A stretch of DNA of 64,000 nt from a virus. The translations under genes and the position numbers were made by a program. The stretch covers positions 64,001-128,000 of IMG/VR virus record IMGVR_UViG_3300005573_000055, one strand, 5' to 3'. How positions within the stretch are numbered: the stretch's first letter is position 1; every line of letters starts with the position of its first letter. This document shows, piece by piece, positions 55,234 through 64,000 of this stretch. The notes beneath the pieces were generated by a model that saw only the letters and a list, made by a program, of their open reading frames with translations, was not told where the DNA came from and searched no databases.

Positions 55234-57203
55234 AATCTAAATCAGTAGATAAATATACACATACAGTCATAAGTCAGCCGTACGATTACTTTAGACAGCT
55301 GTTTACTAATGTTTCTACAGAGAGCGAAGACATAGTCATTGATGCTTATAATATTACTTTTAATCCAGAAAACACAGCGCGGTATATAGAGTGGTGCATC
55401 AAAAATGTCATAGAGTCGCGTAAAGCTCCATGGCTTATTGAAGCTATGAAGCATGATCCTGCTTTTATGGTAGATCCTATAAATGATTATTATTTAAAGT
55501 TAATTCCTGGTGTATTACGTAATTCATTAAATGACCGTGAACTTCTTGAAGCTATAGCTCTTTATGACCCTGTAACATGGGGTCAGTTATACCTGTTGCA
55601 GAAACACGTAGATCCATTTACAGGCAAAGTTGGCTGGCAGCCGCGCATGTCAAAAGATGGCATCTCCTATCAAGCAATGCCTATTCGATGCCGATCACCA
55701 AGATTAGTTGTCAGAGCGGGCCGCCGTGTTGGTAAAACTGCAGCACTGGTTGTGAAGATCCTGCATCGTGCTTTTACCTGGACTCCAACAGAAACTCTTG
55801 GTTATTACAATATAGTGATTTTTACGCCAAACCAGTCGCAGTTAAATACAATATTTAAGATGATTGAAATCATGATTGACAACAATCCCGTTCTGCTCAA
55901 TGAAATTAAAAATGATGGCCGTATACCAACACGCAAAACTCCCAATATCGAACTCGAATTTAAGAATGGTGTTGTAATCAAAGGCTTTGTTTCTGGATCT
56001 ACAGCAATACGTTCGTCGTCTGCCCACTTCCTTGTAATTGATGAAGCTTCCTATCTTACTACTCCGGACATAGAGGCAGCTATAGCTCTTATTACAGAAA
56101 ATCCAGAAGTTGAACTATGGGTATCTTCAACTCCCAGCGGATTGCGTGACTGGTTTTATCAGATTGTTCATTCTGAAGACTTTGTTTCATTTCATTTTCC
56201 ATCAAATAAATTCCATCCATACTGGAACGAAAAGATGGAAAGTGATATGCGTGCTTTATATACAGATGCAGGCTACAAGCACGAAATTCTTGCTGAATTT
56301 GCTGCCGATGGTCAGGGGGTATTTCAAACTGTATTTATTGATAAAGCAAAAAGACAGTATAAGTATGAAGACCAGAGGCCAAATCCAGAATGTTATTATG
56401 GCTTTGGTGTTGACTGGAACGATATGGCAAATGGTACAAAGATATGTATTGTTGAATATAATCCTTCGCTGAAAAAATATCGTGTTGTCGGCAAAGAGTC
56501 GGTCTCAATAGAGAACTGGACGCAGCTAATGGCAGTAAAGAAAATCCAGGAACTAAATCGCATATGGCAGCCAGCAGTTATATATTGCGACTACGGACAT
56601 GGTGCAACTGCTATAGAGCTTTTGCATGCTTTAGGTGCTGAGGCTCCTCCAAATTCTGTTGATAGAAAACTTCTTGATGCAAAGTCAATTAACTTTTCCT
56701 CCTATGTAGATATCTATGACCCAGGCACTAATGCTAAAGTGCAAAAGCCTCTAAAACCATACATGGTTAACAATGCTGTAAGGATATTTGAGGAAGAGCT
56801 TATTGAAATATCTGAATATGACAACCACTTGATTAAACAAATGGAAAATTACATCATTGATCATTATACCCCAAAAGGTATACCGGTGTATAAAGCTTCT
56901 CCTGAGTTTGGAGACCATGATCTTGATGCATTAATGCTTGCACTGCTTGGATTTAACCTTGAATTTTCATCTCTTACAAAACCAAGATTTGTAGCAAGTT
57001 TTGTCGTAAGTATTCCTCAAAAATATCAGGCATTTCAAAACAGATTAGGACTTTCTGCAGAGCAACTCTCATATATCAAACGTCTTGAGAAAGATAAGGA
57101 ATTTGAGCGTCAAGAGTATCTGCTTGCACATGGCATAAAAGATAGACCTCTTACAGCATTTGGACGTTCTAATGTTAGAAGATTTGGTATAAGACGCTAT
57201 TAA
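55230..57203 (+). CDS. terL: Terminase large subunit
   Basis: RAGRRVGKT Walker A, LVIDEA Walker B, SSTPSG, GVDWN and DHDLDALMLA nuclease motifs. Confidence 0.92.
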   Translation: MKSKSVDKYTHTVISQPYDYFRQLFTNVSTESEDIVIDAYNITFNPENTARYIEWCIKNVIESRKAPWLIEAMKHDPAFMVDPINDYYLKLIPGVLRNSLNDRELLEAIALYDPVTWGQLYLLQKHVDPFTGKVGWQPRMSKDGISYQAMPIRCRSPRLVVRAGRRVGKTAALVVKILHRAFTWTPTETLGYYNIVIFTPNQSQLNTIFKMIEIMIDNNPVLLNEIKNDGRIPTRKTPNIELEFKNGVVIKGFVSGSTAIRSSSAHFLVIDEASYLTTPDIEAAIALITENPEVELWVSSTPSGLRDWFYQIVHSEDFVSFHFPSNKFHPYWNEKMESDMRALYTDAGYKHEILAEFAADGQGVFQTVFIDKAKRQYKYEDQRPNPECYYGFGVDWNDMANGTKICIVEYNPSLKKYRVVGKESVSIENWTQLMAVKKIQELNRIWQPAVIYCDYGHGATAIELLHALGAEAPPNSVDRKLLDAKSINFSSYVDIYDPGTNAKVQKPLKPYMVNNAVRIFEEELIEISEYDNHLIKQMENYIIDHYTPKGIPVYKASPEFGDHDLDALMLALLGFNLEFSSLTKPRFVASFVVSIPQKYQAFQNRLGLSAEQLSYIKRLEKDKEFERQEYLLAHGIKDRPLTAFGRSNVRRFGIRRY

Positions 57204-57236
57204 TAACACTACTTAAGCAATAAATGGAGAAAAGCT

Positions 57237-57998
57237 ATGGTTACAGAAGATTTATCAATCTATATTGAAGATAGTGACGGCATTTTTACGCCGCTTGAAA
57301 ATGATACCATCTATGTCTTTAATCCTGAAAAGTCTTATCGCATAGCTTTTAGAAACAATACCGATAATTTTATGTCTATAGATAAATCCAGTATTAATAA
57401 TATTATACCTCTAAGCGAAGACGTATATTTAGATCCGCAAAAGACTCTCTTTTTTGATGTTGTGCAGCCTTTAGATAATCCCGCAGATATTTATGTTAAT
57501 TATAATGTTTCACCAATTCCGCTTAAAAATAGAATAAATGTTCATCATTTTCTGCATGAAAATCCAAGTGGTTTTCTGATTGGATATAACACCGTATCTG
57601 ATAATGTTTCAACATTTGATGGGCTTACACTTTATGTGCAGGGGTATTTTTTTACAAATAAAGGTGATGCTGATATAGTTAATTTATCAGACAGAGTTAC
57701 TATCGGTATCAACCAGCTGCGTGAGATATTTTATACAATTGATGGACAAACTACTTCGACACACTACCTTCTCCTTGATTTTAATGAGCCATATGTATTT
57801 ACATTTTATATCAAACATGGCAGCATTACCGTCTACTGCAATAACGATTATGTAACGGTCATTCCTGTGGAGTTAAATAATCCTCTTAATGTAAGAGTTG
57901 GCGGATTTGATGGATATCTACTGTTTTATGGTTTATTCAATATAGAACATGACAATTTCACCAGAAAATATATCAACAAATTTTTACTTGGACTATGA
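57237..57998 (+). CDS. Beta-rich hypothetical (probably structural) protein
   Basis: Aromatic beta-strand pattern; lies between terL and portal. Confidence 0.55.
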   Translation: MVTEDLSIYIEDSDGIFTPLENDTIYVFNPEKSYRIAFRNNTDNFMSIDKSSINNIIPLSEDVYLDPQKTLFFDVVQPLDNPADIYVNYNVSPIPLKNRINVHHFLHENPSGFLIGYNTVSDNVSTFDGLTLYVQGYFFTNKGDADIVNLSDRVTIGINQLREIFYTIDGQTTSTHYLLLDFNEPYVFTFYIKHGSITVYCNNDYVTVIPVELNNPLNVRVGGFDGYLLFYGLFNIEHDNFTRKYINKFLLGL

Positions 57999-58537
57999 GA
58001 TCTATTAAAGAATTTGGTAAACCAGCTTCCTTCGAAGAAATCAAAGAACGAAAGGAAATCAATGTCTCCCCTCTTGAAATAGCAAGGGATCAGACTATAC
58101 AGCTATATTACTGGCTTTATCCTTATATAGCATCCGAATTTAAGCATAGAGAAGACATTCAACAATGGGCAACGCAAATCTTAAAAGAGTTTAAGCAAGA
58201 AGTAGCTAAATTTAATCAGCAGTTGAATAACTTGGTTGCCATATTTAATAGCCATATACATCCAACCTCTCAGGGCCCGACAAGCCCTACGACTTCGCAA
58301 ATGACTGCGCCTCAGCTTAATACATGGAAAGCTCAGCCGGAGGATTTTTATTTTGGAGACGATCTTATCACTGATAGTTCAAAATATACATCGGCCATTA
58401 AGCATCGAGATCCAGAAGAAAAGCCTTCCAGTTATAAACCTAGTATCGATGTTGTAAAAGAGCTTAAGAAAATCAAGAAGTTTATACCATTTGATATTCA
58501 AACTGGCGAAGGCGACTACGTTCAAGATGAATCTTAG
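57995..58537 (+). CDS. Structural protein with HxH spike-like motif
   Basis: Coiled segment then FNSHIHPTSQGPTSP, resembling HxH metal-binding tips of phage spike proteins. Confidence 0.5.
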   Translation: MRSIKEFGKPASFEEIKERKEINVSPLEIARDQTIQLYYWLYPYIASEFKHREDIQQWATQILKEFKQEVAKFNQQLNNLVAIFNSHIHPTSQGPTSPTTSQMTAPQLNTWKAQPEDFYFGDDLITDSSKYTSAIKHRDPEEKPSSYKPSIDVVKELKKIKKFIPFDIQTGEGDYVQDES

Positions 58538-58557
58538 GGAATAATCTGGAATAATCT

Positions 58558-60399
58558 ATGGATATAAAACAAAAAGTTGTTATTCCAAAGCCTCAAAGAC
58601 AATCAATAAGCTTTGCTGTAGAGAAATCTAAGTATAGCACTACAGAAAAAGGTTCTACATTATACGACGACTTCTCCGAGCAGAAAAGCTTATTGCTTAA
58701 TGGATACAATGCTATGCTTTTTGAGATTGAACGTTTGATGAATGTTATCGTTGAGCGTTCAAAGAGTTATGACTTAAAGGTGGAAAATACAACTGATGAT
58801 GTTATAGTCAAAGCATTGTTCTATAATGTATTTAACGGTGAGAAGAAGACCATTACATTTGAAGATTACATAGATTTAATAATTTATTCCAAATCGCCAA
58901 ACGGAATCATCCCATCGGAATATCTCGGCAAGCTGAAAGATGCTTTTGGTAAGCAGATTATTGAAAAACAGGCCTACGATTTATTATATGTTTATCCATT
59001 GCTGCAGAGCGCTTATAATATTAACACGGCTGCATCCTCCTTGGAGAATATAGATGCTATAGATATCTATATTGATAACAACAATCACACTACATCACAT
59101 CCAAGCTCTTCAAGTAGTTCTACGAGCAATGTTGTAAATGTATCAGAAAGCAAAATTAAACGTATCATAGAAGAATGCTGGCCATGTGAGCAAAGACTGT
59201 ATTGGATTAAGAAAACATTTGGCATGCCTTTTAATGCTGAAGGTCGCAAATATTACGATATGTATTTCACACAGATGTGGCGTACATATCTTATGGAACT
59301 TAGAAATATATTATCTATTAAGCTCGGTCTTTTTGATTACGGATTGCTTAGTACACTGTGCGCTGCAGGCAGAATGCTGCTTAGTTATGTATGTATACCA
59401 GATTTAAACTCTATTGCCTCTTTGCTTAAGACGAGACTCCAAGCATTAGACAAAGAGCTTTCTGAAGATTTTTCGTTTGCATTTGGCGATATTCTTGAAA
59501 CATCAATTTCTTACAGCATAAAGTTTGTAGCTTCCCGCATGAGGGATCTGCTTTTTCAGCATATGCAGCTTATAACTGGCGCCGTAGATTGCACGCTTTT
59601 AGCCCTTCGAGAACAGATGCGTAAGCTGAAATTCTTAAGTGAAGATGTCTATAAGAATATAGCATCATTTACCGATACAGTACTTGAATCAGAGAGATGG
59701 CTTTATGACCGTATTGATACATTGTTTAATGAGCTTGATAAGATTAATCTTCAATCATACTTAATGAATGTAGAGATTTACAGGAAAATCTCTACAGCAA
59801 AGAAGACGTCTTTGCATCTTGGATTTTTGGCGAAGCTTATAGCAGGTTTTATTTATGCGCGTAATGCGCTTTCTTCTAAGCATGTAAACAATCTTACAAC
59901 TTTGATCGATGCTATATGCCGTGCTGCAGTAGCAGAAGCTTATCCATGGATTATATTTAATCCGCCATATACGGGTCCAAAAGGCGGCCCTCAAGATCAA
60001 GGCGACACACAAGGCGGCTCTGATACCACAGAAGATGACACTGGAGGAAGCGGAGGTGGAGGTAAAGATGGCAGCGATGAAACATCCATCCCCGTCCAAG
60101 ACCCAACTATTCCTAATGGAATTTTTGATGGCGGTATACACGATTTACTCAATGATGATCGGTATAAGAAGTTTTTTGATAAGTATAAACTTATTAAGAG
60201 TCTTGAAAATGGTATTATTGATTTGACAATAGATGATGTTGTCAAGTTGCAGCTCAACAGTCTTAAAGACAATATAATAACTGATGCTGGCAAAGAATCC
60301 TTTGCTATAACATATAACTCATGTATGTATAGCGGCGGTAAGTCTTTCTTTACCAGCGATAATATACAAGAAATCTTAGATAGACTTAAAAAGAATTAA
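58558..60399 (+). CDS. Hypothetical virion-module protein
   Basis: 613 aa; CWPC and scattered Cys; G/D/T-rich linker. Confidence 0.6.
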   Translation: MDIKQKVVIPKPQRQSISFAVEKSKYSTTEKGSTLYDDFSEQKSLLLNGYNAMLFEIERLMNVIVERSKSYDLKVENTTDDVIVKALFYNVFNGEKKTITFEDYIDLIIYSKSPNGIIPSEYLGKLKDAFGKQIIEKQAYDLLYVYPLLQSAYNINTAASSLENIDAIDIYIDNNNHTTSHPSSSSSSTSNVVNVSESKIKRIIEECWPCEQRLYWIKKTFGMPFNAEGRKYYDMYFTQMWRTYLMELRNILSIKLGLFDYGLLSTLCAAGRMLLSYVCIPDLNSIASLLKTRLQALDKELSEDFSFAFGDILETSISYSIKFVASRMRDLLFQHMQLITGAVDCTLLALREQMRKLKFLSEDVYKNIASFTDTVLESERWLYDRIDTLFNELDKINLQSYLMNVEIYRKISTAKKTSLHLGFLAKLIAGFIYARNALSSKHVNNLTTLIDAICRAAVAEAYPWIIFNPPYTGPKGGPQDQGDTQGGSDTTEDDTGGSGGGGKDGSDETSIPVQDPTIPNGIFDGGIHDLLNDDRYKKFFDKYKLIKSLENGIIDLTIDDVVKLQLNSLKDNIITDAGKESFAITYNSCMYSGGKSFFTSDNIQEILDRLKKN

Positions 60400-60419
60400 C
60401 TAATAGCAGGTGTATAGAG

Positions 60420-62141
60420 ATGGCCGAAGTAAACAATCAAAATCAATCTTTAACAAATATTGTGGTCAAAAAAGACCTTTCGGTTTTAACGCTGCCGTCT
60501 TTTAAACAAAAGAGCACAAATGTTCCTGTGCTGCAATACCGCAAAAGCGGCATTTTTAAGCACAGAACATTTACATTTGACGGCCGTTACGAAAAACCAG
60601 AATATAATCTCTATGAGATCTTAGCAGCTGAAGATGGTGAAGCTTATATTAAGCGCACTATACAAAGAAAGCGCGGACTTGCTGACAAAGAGGGCTGGAC
60701 TCTTGTTGGCAATAACCCCAGAACTCTGGAGTATATCAAAAATCGCTTGATGGAGATATCCATCGTATCTAATATACCTATAGAACTGCTTATCAAGGAT
60801 ACGATCGGCGATTTGATAAGATTCCATAATGCATTTTGGAAAAAGATACGCAACGAAAAGGCATCATCTGGCCGTCCGAGACGTGTAAAAACAATGTATG
60901 GCACCAAAATATTAAAGCCAGTTGCTGCTTATGTGCGTATCCCTCCTGAAACAGTACAGGTCGAATGCGATCCATTTGGTAATCCTATTTCATACAGGCA
61001 AATGCTTCCAAATGGTATGTTTAGCGAAGAATTTGATGCTGAAGATATTATACATTTTACATTCAACAGAAGAGCTGGACAGATATTTGCTGCACCTGCA
61101 TTTCTTCCTGTAATTGACGATGTACAAATGCTGCGGTCGCATGAAGAGAAGTTGCAGCTTCTTACAGACCAATATCTCTTCCCTCTTATTATCATGCAGA
61201 TAGGCACTGATGCAATGCCCGCATCGGTATTTCCAGATGGCACAACTGAAATGGATATCTGGGCATCAAAAATTAACGATATGCCTAATAATGGCATAGT
61301 TGTGGTAAGCCATAGACATAAATTTGAGGTCATTGAAACAAAGAACATTCTGCCTATAGAAAAATACCTTGAATACTTCAAGCGCAGAGTGATTGCAGGT
61401 TTAGGTATTAGCACAATGGATTTAGGCGAAGGAGAAGGTCTTAATCGTTCGACGGCTGAAACAACATCTAAGATATTAACAGAAGATGTAAGTGATTATC
61501 AAAAAGAATTTGCCTATCAATTTAACTTCGAAGTCATCAATGAACTCCTCCTTGAAGGCTTTATGCCAAATGTGCTTCTTGAAGAGAACATTGTTCGTCT
61601 AAGATTCAATGAGATTGATACAGATAACAAGATTAAAATAGAAAATCATGCAGCAATGCTTTACTCGATGAATACAATTGACGAAGATGAAATGCGTGCA
61701 ATGCTCAAGCGCCAGCCTATAAAACCCTCCCAAAGAGAAAAACTGTTTATGTCGCTCTCCCAGGAAAATACTCAAACCCAATCTGCTCAATCTGCTGCAA
61801 AGGAAAAAGACCAGCCTTCCAATCAGCATGGCAGAAAGCTTGCACCAACGGGACGTAAATCTTCTATGGAGGTTCATTGGCAGGATTTAAAAACTGAACT
61901 TATCAATCATTTCAGCATTTACGGATATGATTTCATCAAAATTCCGATTAAATCTTGGATAATTAAACTTGACTTCGGCAATGTTGACAACTTTATTTAC
62001 AGCAAACTTTTCGACGAACTTGACAGTATTGTGGATCTTACCATTGAGAAAGTTACACGCGGCATTATCACCGAGAAAGAATTTATCGATACACTTATTA
62101 AATCCATCAAAAATTATATAGGACAGTTCTATGAATCATAA
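60420..62141 (+). CDS. Portal protein
   Basis: IPPETV...EDIIHF...LGISTMDLGEGEGLNRSTAE...DEDEMR; lies between terL and protease. Confidence 0.85.
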   Translation: MAEVNNQNQSLTNIVVKKDLSVLTLPSFKQKSTNVPVLQYRKSGIFKHRTFTFDGRYEKPEYNLYEILAAEDGEAYIKRTIQRKRGLADKEGWTLVGNNPRTLEYIKNRLMEISIVSNIPIELLIKDTIGDLIRFHNAFWKKIRNEKASSGRPRRVKTMYGTKILKPVAAYVRIPPETVQVECDPFGNPISYRQMLPNGMFSEEFDAEDIIHFTFNRRAGQIFAAPAFLPVIDDVQMLRSHEEKLQLLTDQYLFPLIIMQIGTDAMPASVFPDGTTEMDIWASKINDMPNNGIVVVSHRHKFEVIETKNILPIEKYLEYFKRRVIAGLGISTMDLGEGEGLNRSTAETTSKILTEDVSDYQKEFAYQFNFEVINELLLEGFMPNVLLEENIVRLRFNEIDTDNKIKIENHAAMLYSMNTIDEDEMRAMLKRQPIKPSQREKLFMSLSQENTQTQSAQSAAKEKDQPSNQHGRKLAPTGRKSSMEVHWQDLKTELINHFSIYGYDFIKIPIKSWIIKLDFGNVDNFIYSKLFDELDSIVDLTIEKVTRGIITEKEFIDTLIKSIKNYIGQFYES

Positions 62142-64000
62142 AGCCCATCTTCTTGACTTAGATTTTATTTCTGTAAATCATATCTTATATGATCAATCAA
62201 CAAGAGAGCGGCTGCTCGATGTTATATTTAGCAGTTTAGACAGTCAAACAAAACAGGACGTTCCAAAAGACAAGCGCAAAGGACTTATTGTAAGAACACG
62301 AGTTACACATGCTGGCAGGCTTACAGGCCATAGACACTTGTACCTTCCCGAAAATGTTCGCTATGGGCTTGACTCTTTTACAAAGCCGTTTGGAATTCCT
62401 GTGCTTGCTCATCATGATGTGCATAATGACCCGATAGGCCGTGTTATTAAAGCATCTTACATACCAACACAGCCTGCTTTTATGTCTGATAGTGAATTTG
62501 AATTTCTGGATACTTTAAGTGATATTAATAAAACATCACTTAAGCGTCTAAACAAAATATTAGGACCGCACCTTGAAAATCCGCAGTTTGAAGGTCTTGG
62601 ATATGTTGAAGCTTTGTTTAATATTATTGACAAAGATGCTATTGAGAAAATAGTGGACGGCCGCTATCATACTGTTTCAGTTCAATATGAACCAGCATGG
62701 GTTAAGTGTTCCGTCTGCGGAGCAGATGTTATGCAAGGTATATGTGAACACATGCCTCCTGGTACAAATGTAGACGGCAAGAGAAGTTTTATCATATTTG
62801 GACCAATGCGATATGTCGAGGTCTCCTATGTCAACGTTCCAGCAGATAACCTTGCCTTTAATGTTGATATAACCAAAGACAGTCTATTTGCATTTGACCA
62901 TAAGTTTGTGCCTTCATCGAAGAATTCATTTTACATTCAGACCCAAGACTCTATTGAAAGTATATCATCAATACTAAATACAAATCAAAACAATATAGGA
63001 GATGCTATGAAATTCAAGCTAAAAGATATTAAAGCAAATCCTGATAGATACGAGCTTCTTGCGAAATATCTGCCTGAAGATAAGATTTTAGATAAAGAGA
63101 AGCTCGAAGGACTTCAGGATTCTGACTTCATTGGCGCTGGAAGGCTCTTCCCTGCCGTAGATGAAGAACATTTAGAAGCTGTAATTAAGCTTTTAGACAA
63201 TGTATACGACTGCAAAGAAAAAGAAGAACTCTTAGACTTTGCAAAACAAAGACTTGCAGCTTTAGATAACAAAGATGGTGCTAACAGTAATGCTAATAAC
63301 AATGACAGCAATAACGCCAATGGTGATGGTAATACCGACGAAAAGAAAGATGTCAATGCAGGCAGTCAAGATGAGCAATCACAAAAGACAGATGCTTTGA
63401 AAATTACCATTAATGGCAAGCTTTTCGAAGTTACACCATCCGAAGATGGAACTGTGGCTGTAACTTTAAGTAAAGATGATGCTGTTGAAATATTAAAACA
63501 GACATTGCCCGAAGACCTTAAAGCTGAAGATGCTTTAACTGTTATTAACAGTCTCTTTGCAACATTGCCATCTACAACAATGGACAGCTTAAAGCGTGCA
63601 TTTGCAGGTGATATTATTGCTGAATTTGAAGACAGAGTTAATAACTACAAGAATGAAATTGCTGCCTTGCAAAAACGTCTCGAAGCAAGTGGTGCATTAG
63701 TCAGCGAACTCGACAGCGAACTTAAAGATTTTTATATTGAAAAGATACTTTCCTACCGTGATAAACTCGATCCTCAGCAAAGTGAAGATAGTCTTAAAGC
63801 TCAGTTCAAAGACATGTCACTTACAGAGCTAAGAGCCTCTTATAAAACTCTGTCGGTTGTAATGAAACACAATGATACTATTTCACCTGATGCTAATATT
63901 AAGAATGATAATATAGACAATAAAGATGACAATAGCGACGATCATCTCCAGTCAATCAAAGCAAAGATAATTGACACATATAGAACTTTATATGTCAAAG
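62131..64000 (+). CDS. Prohead protease fused to scaffold-like region (partial; not in ORF track)
   Basis: Frame from ATG 62131 appears open to the window end: PVLAHHD...PIGRV...AIEKIVDGRYHTVSV...CSVCG...CEH...YVEVSYVNVPAD, then acidic coiled-coil. Confidence 0.85.
   Translation, partial: MNHKAHLLDLDFISVNHILYDQSTRERLLDVIFSSLDSQTKQDVPKDKRKGLIVRTRVTHAGRLTGHRHLYLPENVRYGLDSFTKPFGIPVLAHHDVHNDPIGRVIKASYIPTQPAFMSDSEFEFLDTLSDINKTSLKRLNKILGPHLENPQFEGLGYVEALFNIIDKDAIEKIVDGRYHTVSVQYEPAWVKCSVCGADVMQGICEHMPPGTNVDGKRSFIIFGPMRYVEVSYVNVPADNLAFNVDITKDSLFAFDHKFVPSSKNSFYIQTQDSIESISSILNTNQNNIGDAMKFKLKDIKANPDRYELLAKYLPEDKILDKEKLEGLQDSDFIGAGRLFPAVDEEHLEAVIKLLDNVYDCKEKEELLDFAKQRLAALDNKDGANSNANNNDSNNANGDGNTDEKKDVNAGSQDEQSQKTDALKITINGKLFEVTPSEDGTVAVTLSKDDAVEILKQTLPEDLKAEDALTVINSLFATLPSTTMDSLKRAFAGDIIAEFEDRVNNYKNEIAALQKRLEASGALVSELDSELKDFYIEKILSYRDKLDPQQSEDSLKAQFKDMSLTELRASYKTLSVVMKHNDTISPDANIKNDNIDNKDDNSDDHLQSIKAKIIDTYRTLYVK

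Noticed and set aside
1-64000. Alternative genetic code or stop-codon reassignment
   Set aside because: Long genes are intact and densely packed under the standard bacterial code

Overview
This window is part of a large tailed dsDNA bacteriophage genome, probably a phage-plasmid: it has a ParA, a ribbon-helix-helix adaptor and a centromere-like 8-bp array. Nearly all genes from 1 to ~46.4 kb run leftward. From ~46.9 kb they run rightward into a packaging/head module (HNH, terminase large subunit, portal, prohead protease-scaffold). Main points: (i) a complete PRTRC-like ubiquitin-conjugation cassette (Ubl, E2-like, JAB, E1/ThiF) lies directly downstream of a single-chain beta/beta'-fused RNA polymerase; (ii) a second, unrelated single-chain two-barrel polymerase of YonO/cellular-RdRP type has an atypical DFDD catalytic loop; (iii) a GC-richer leftward island (~36-46.5 kb) carries a Csx3/Crn3-like protein, a TM-SAVED-like protein, a radical SAM enzyme and a MoxR/VWA pair, three anticodon-less tRNA-like elements (with T-stem covariation), and long hairpin/pseudoknot-dense non-coding tracts; (iv) a DUF1874/AcrIII-1-like gene, an AGGATAA-repeat RNA candidate and two classes of repeated promoter-like motifs. 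All family calls come from motif recognition by eye; no database search was run.
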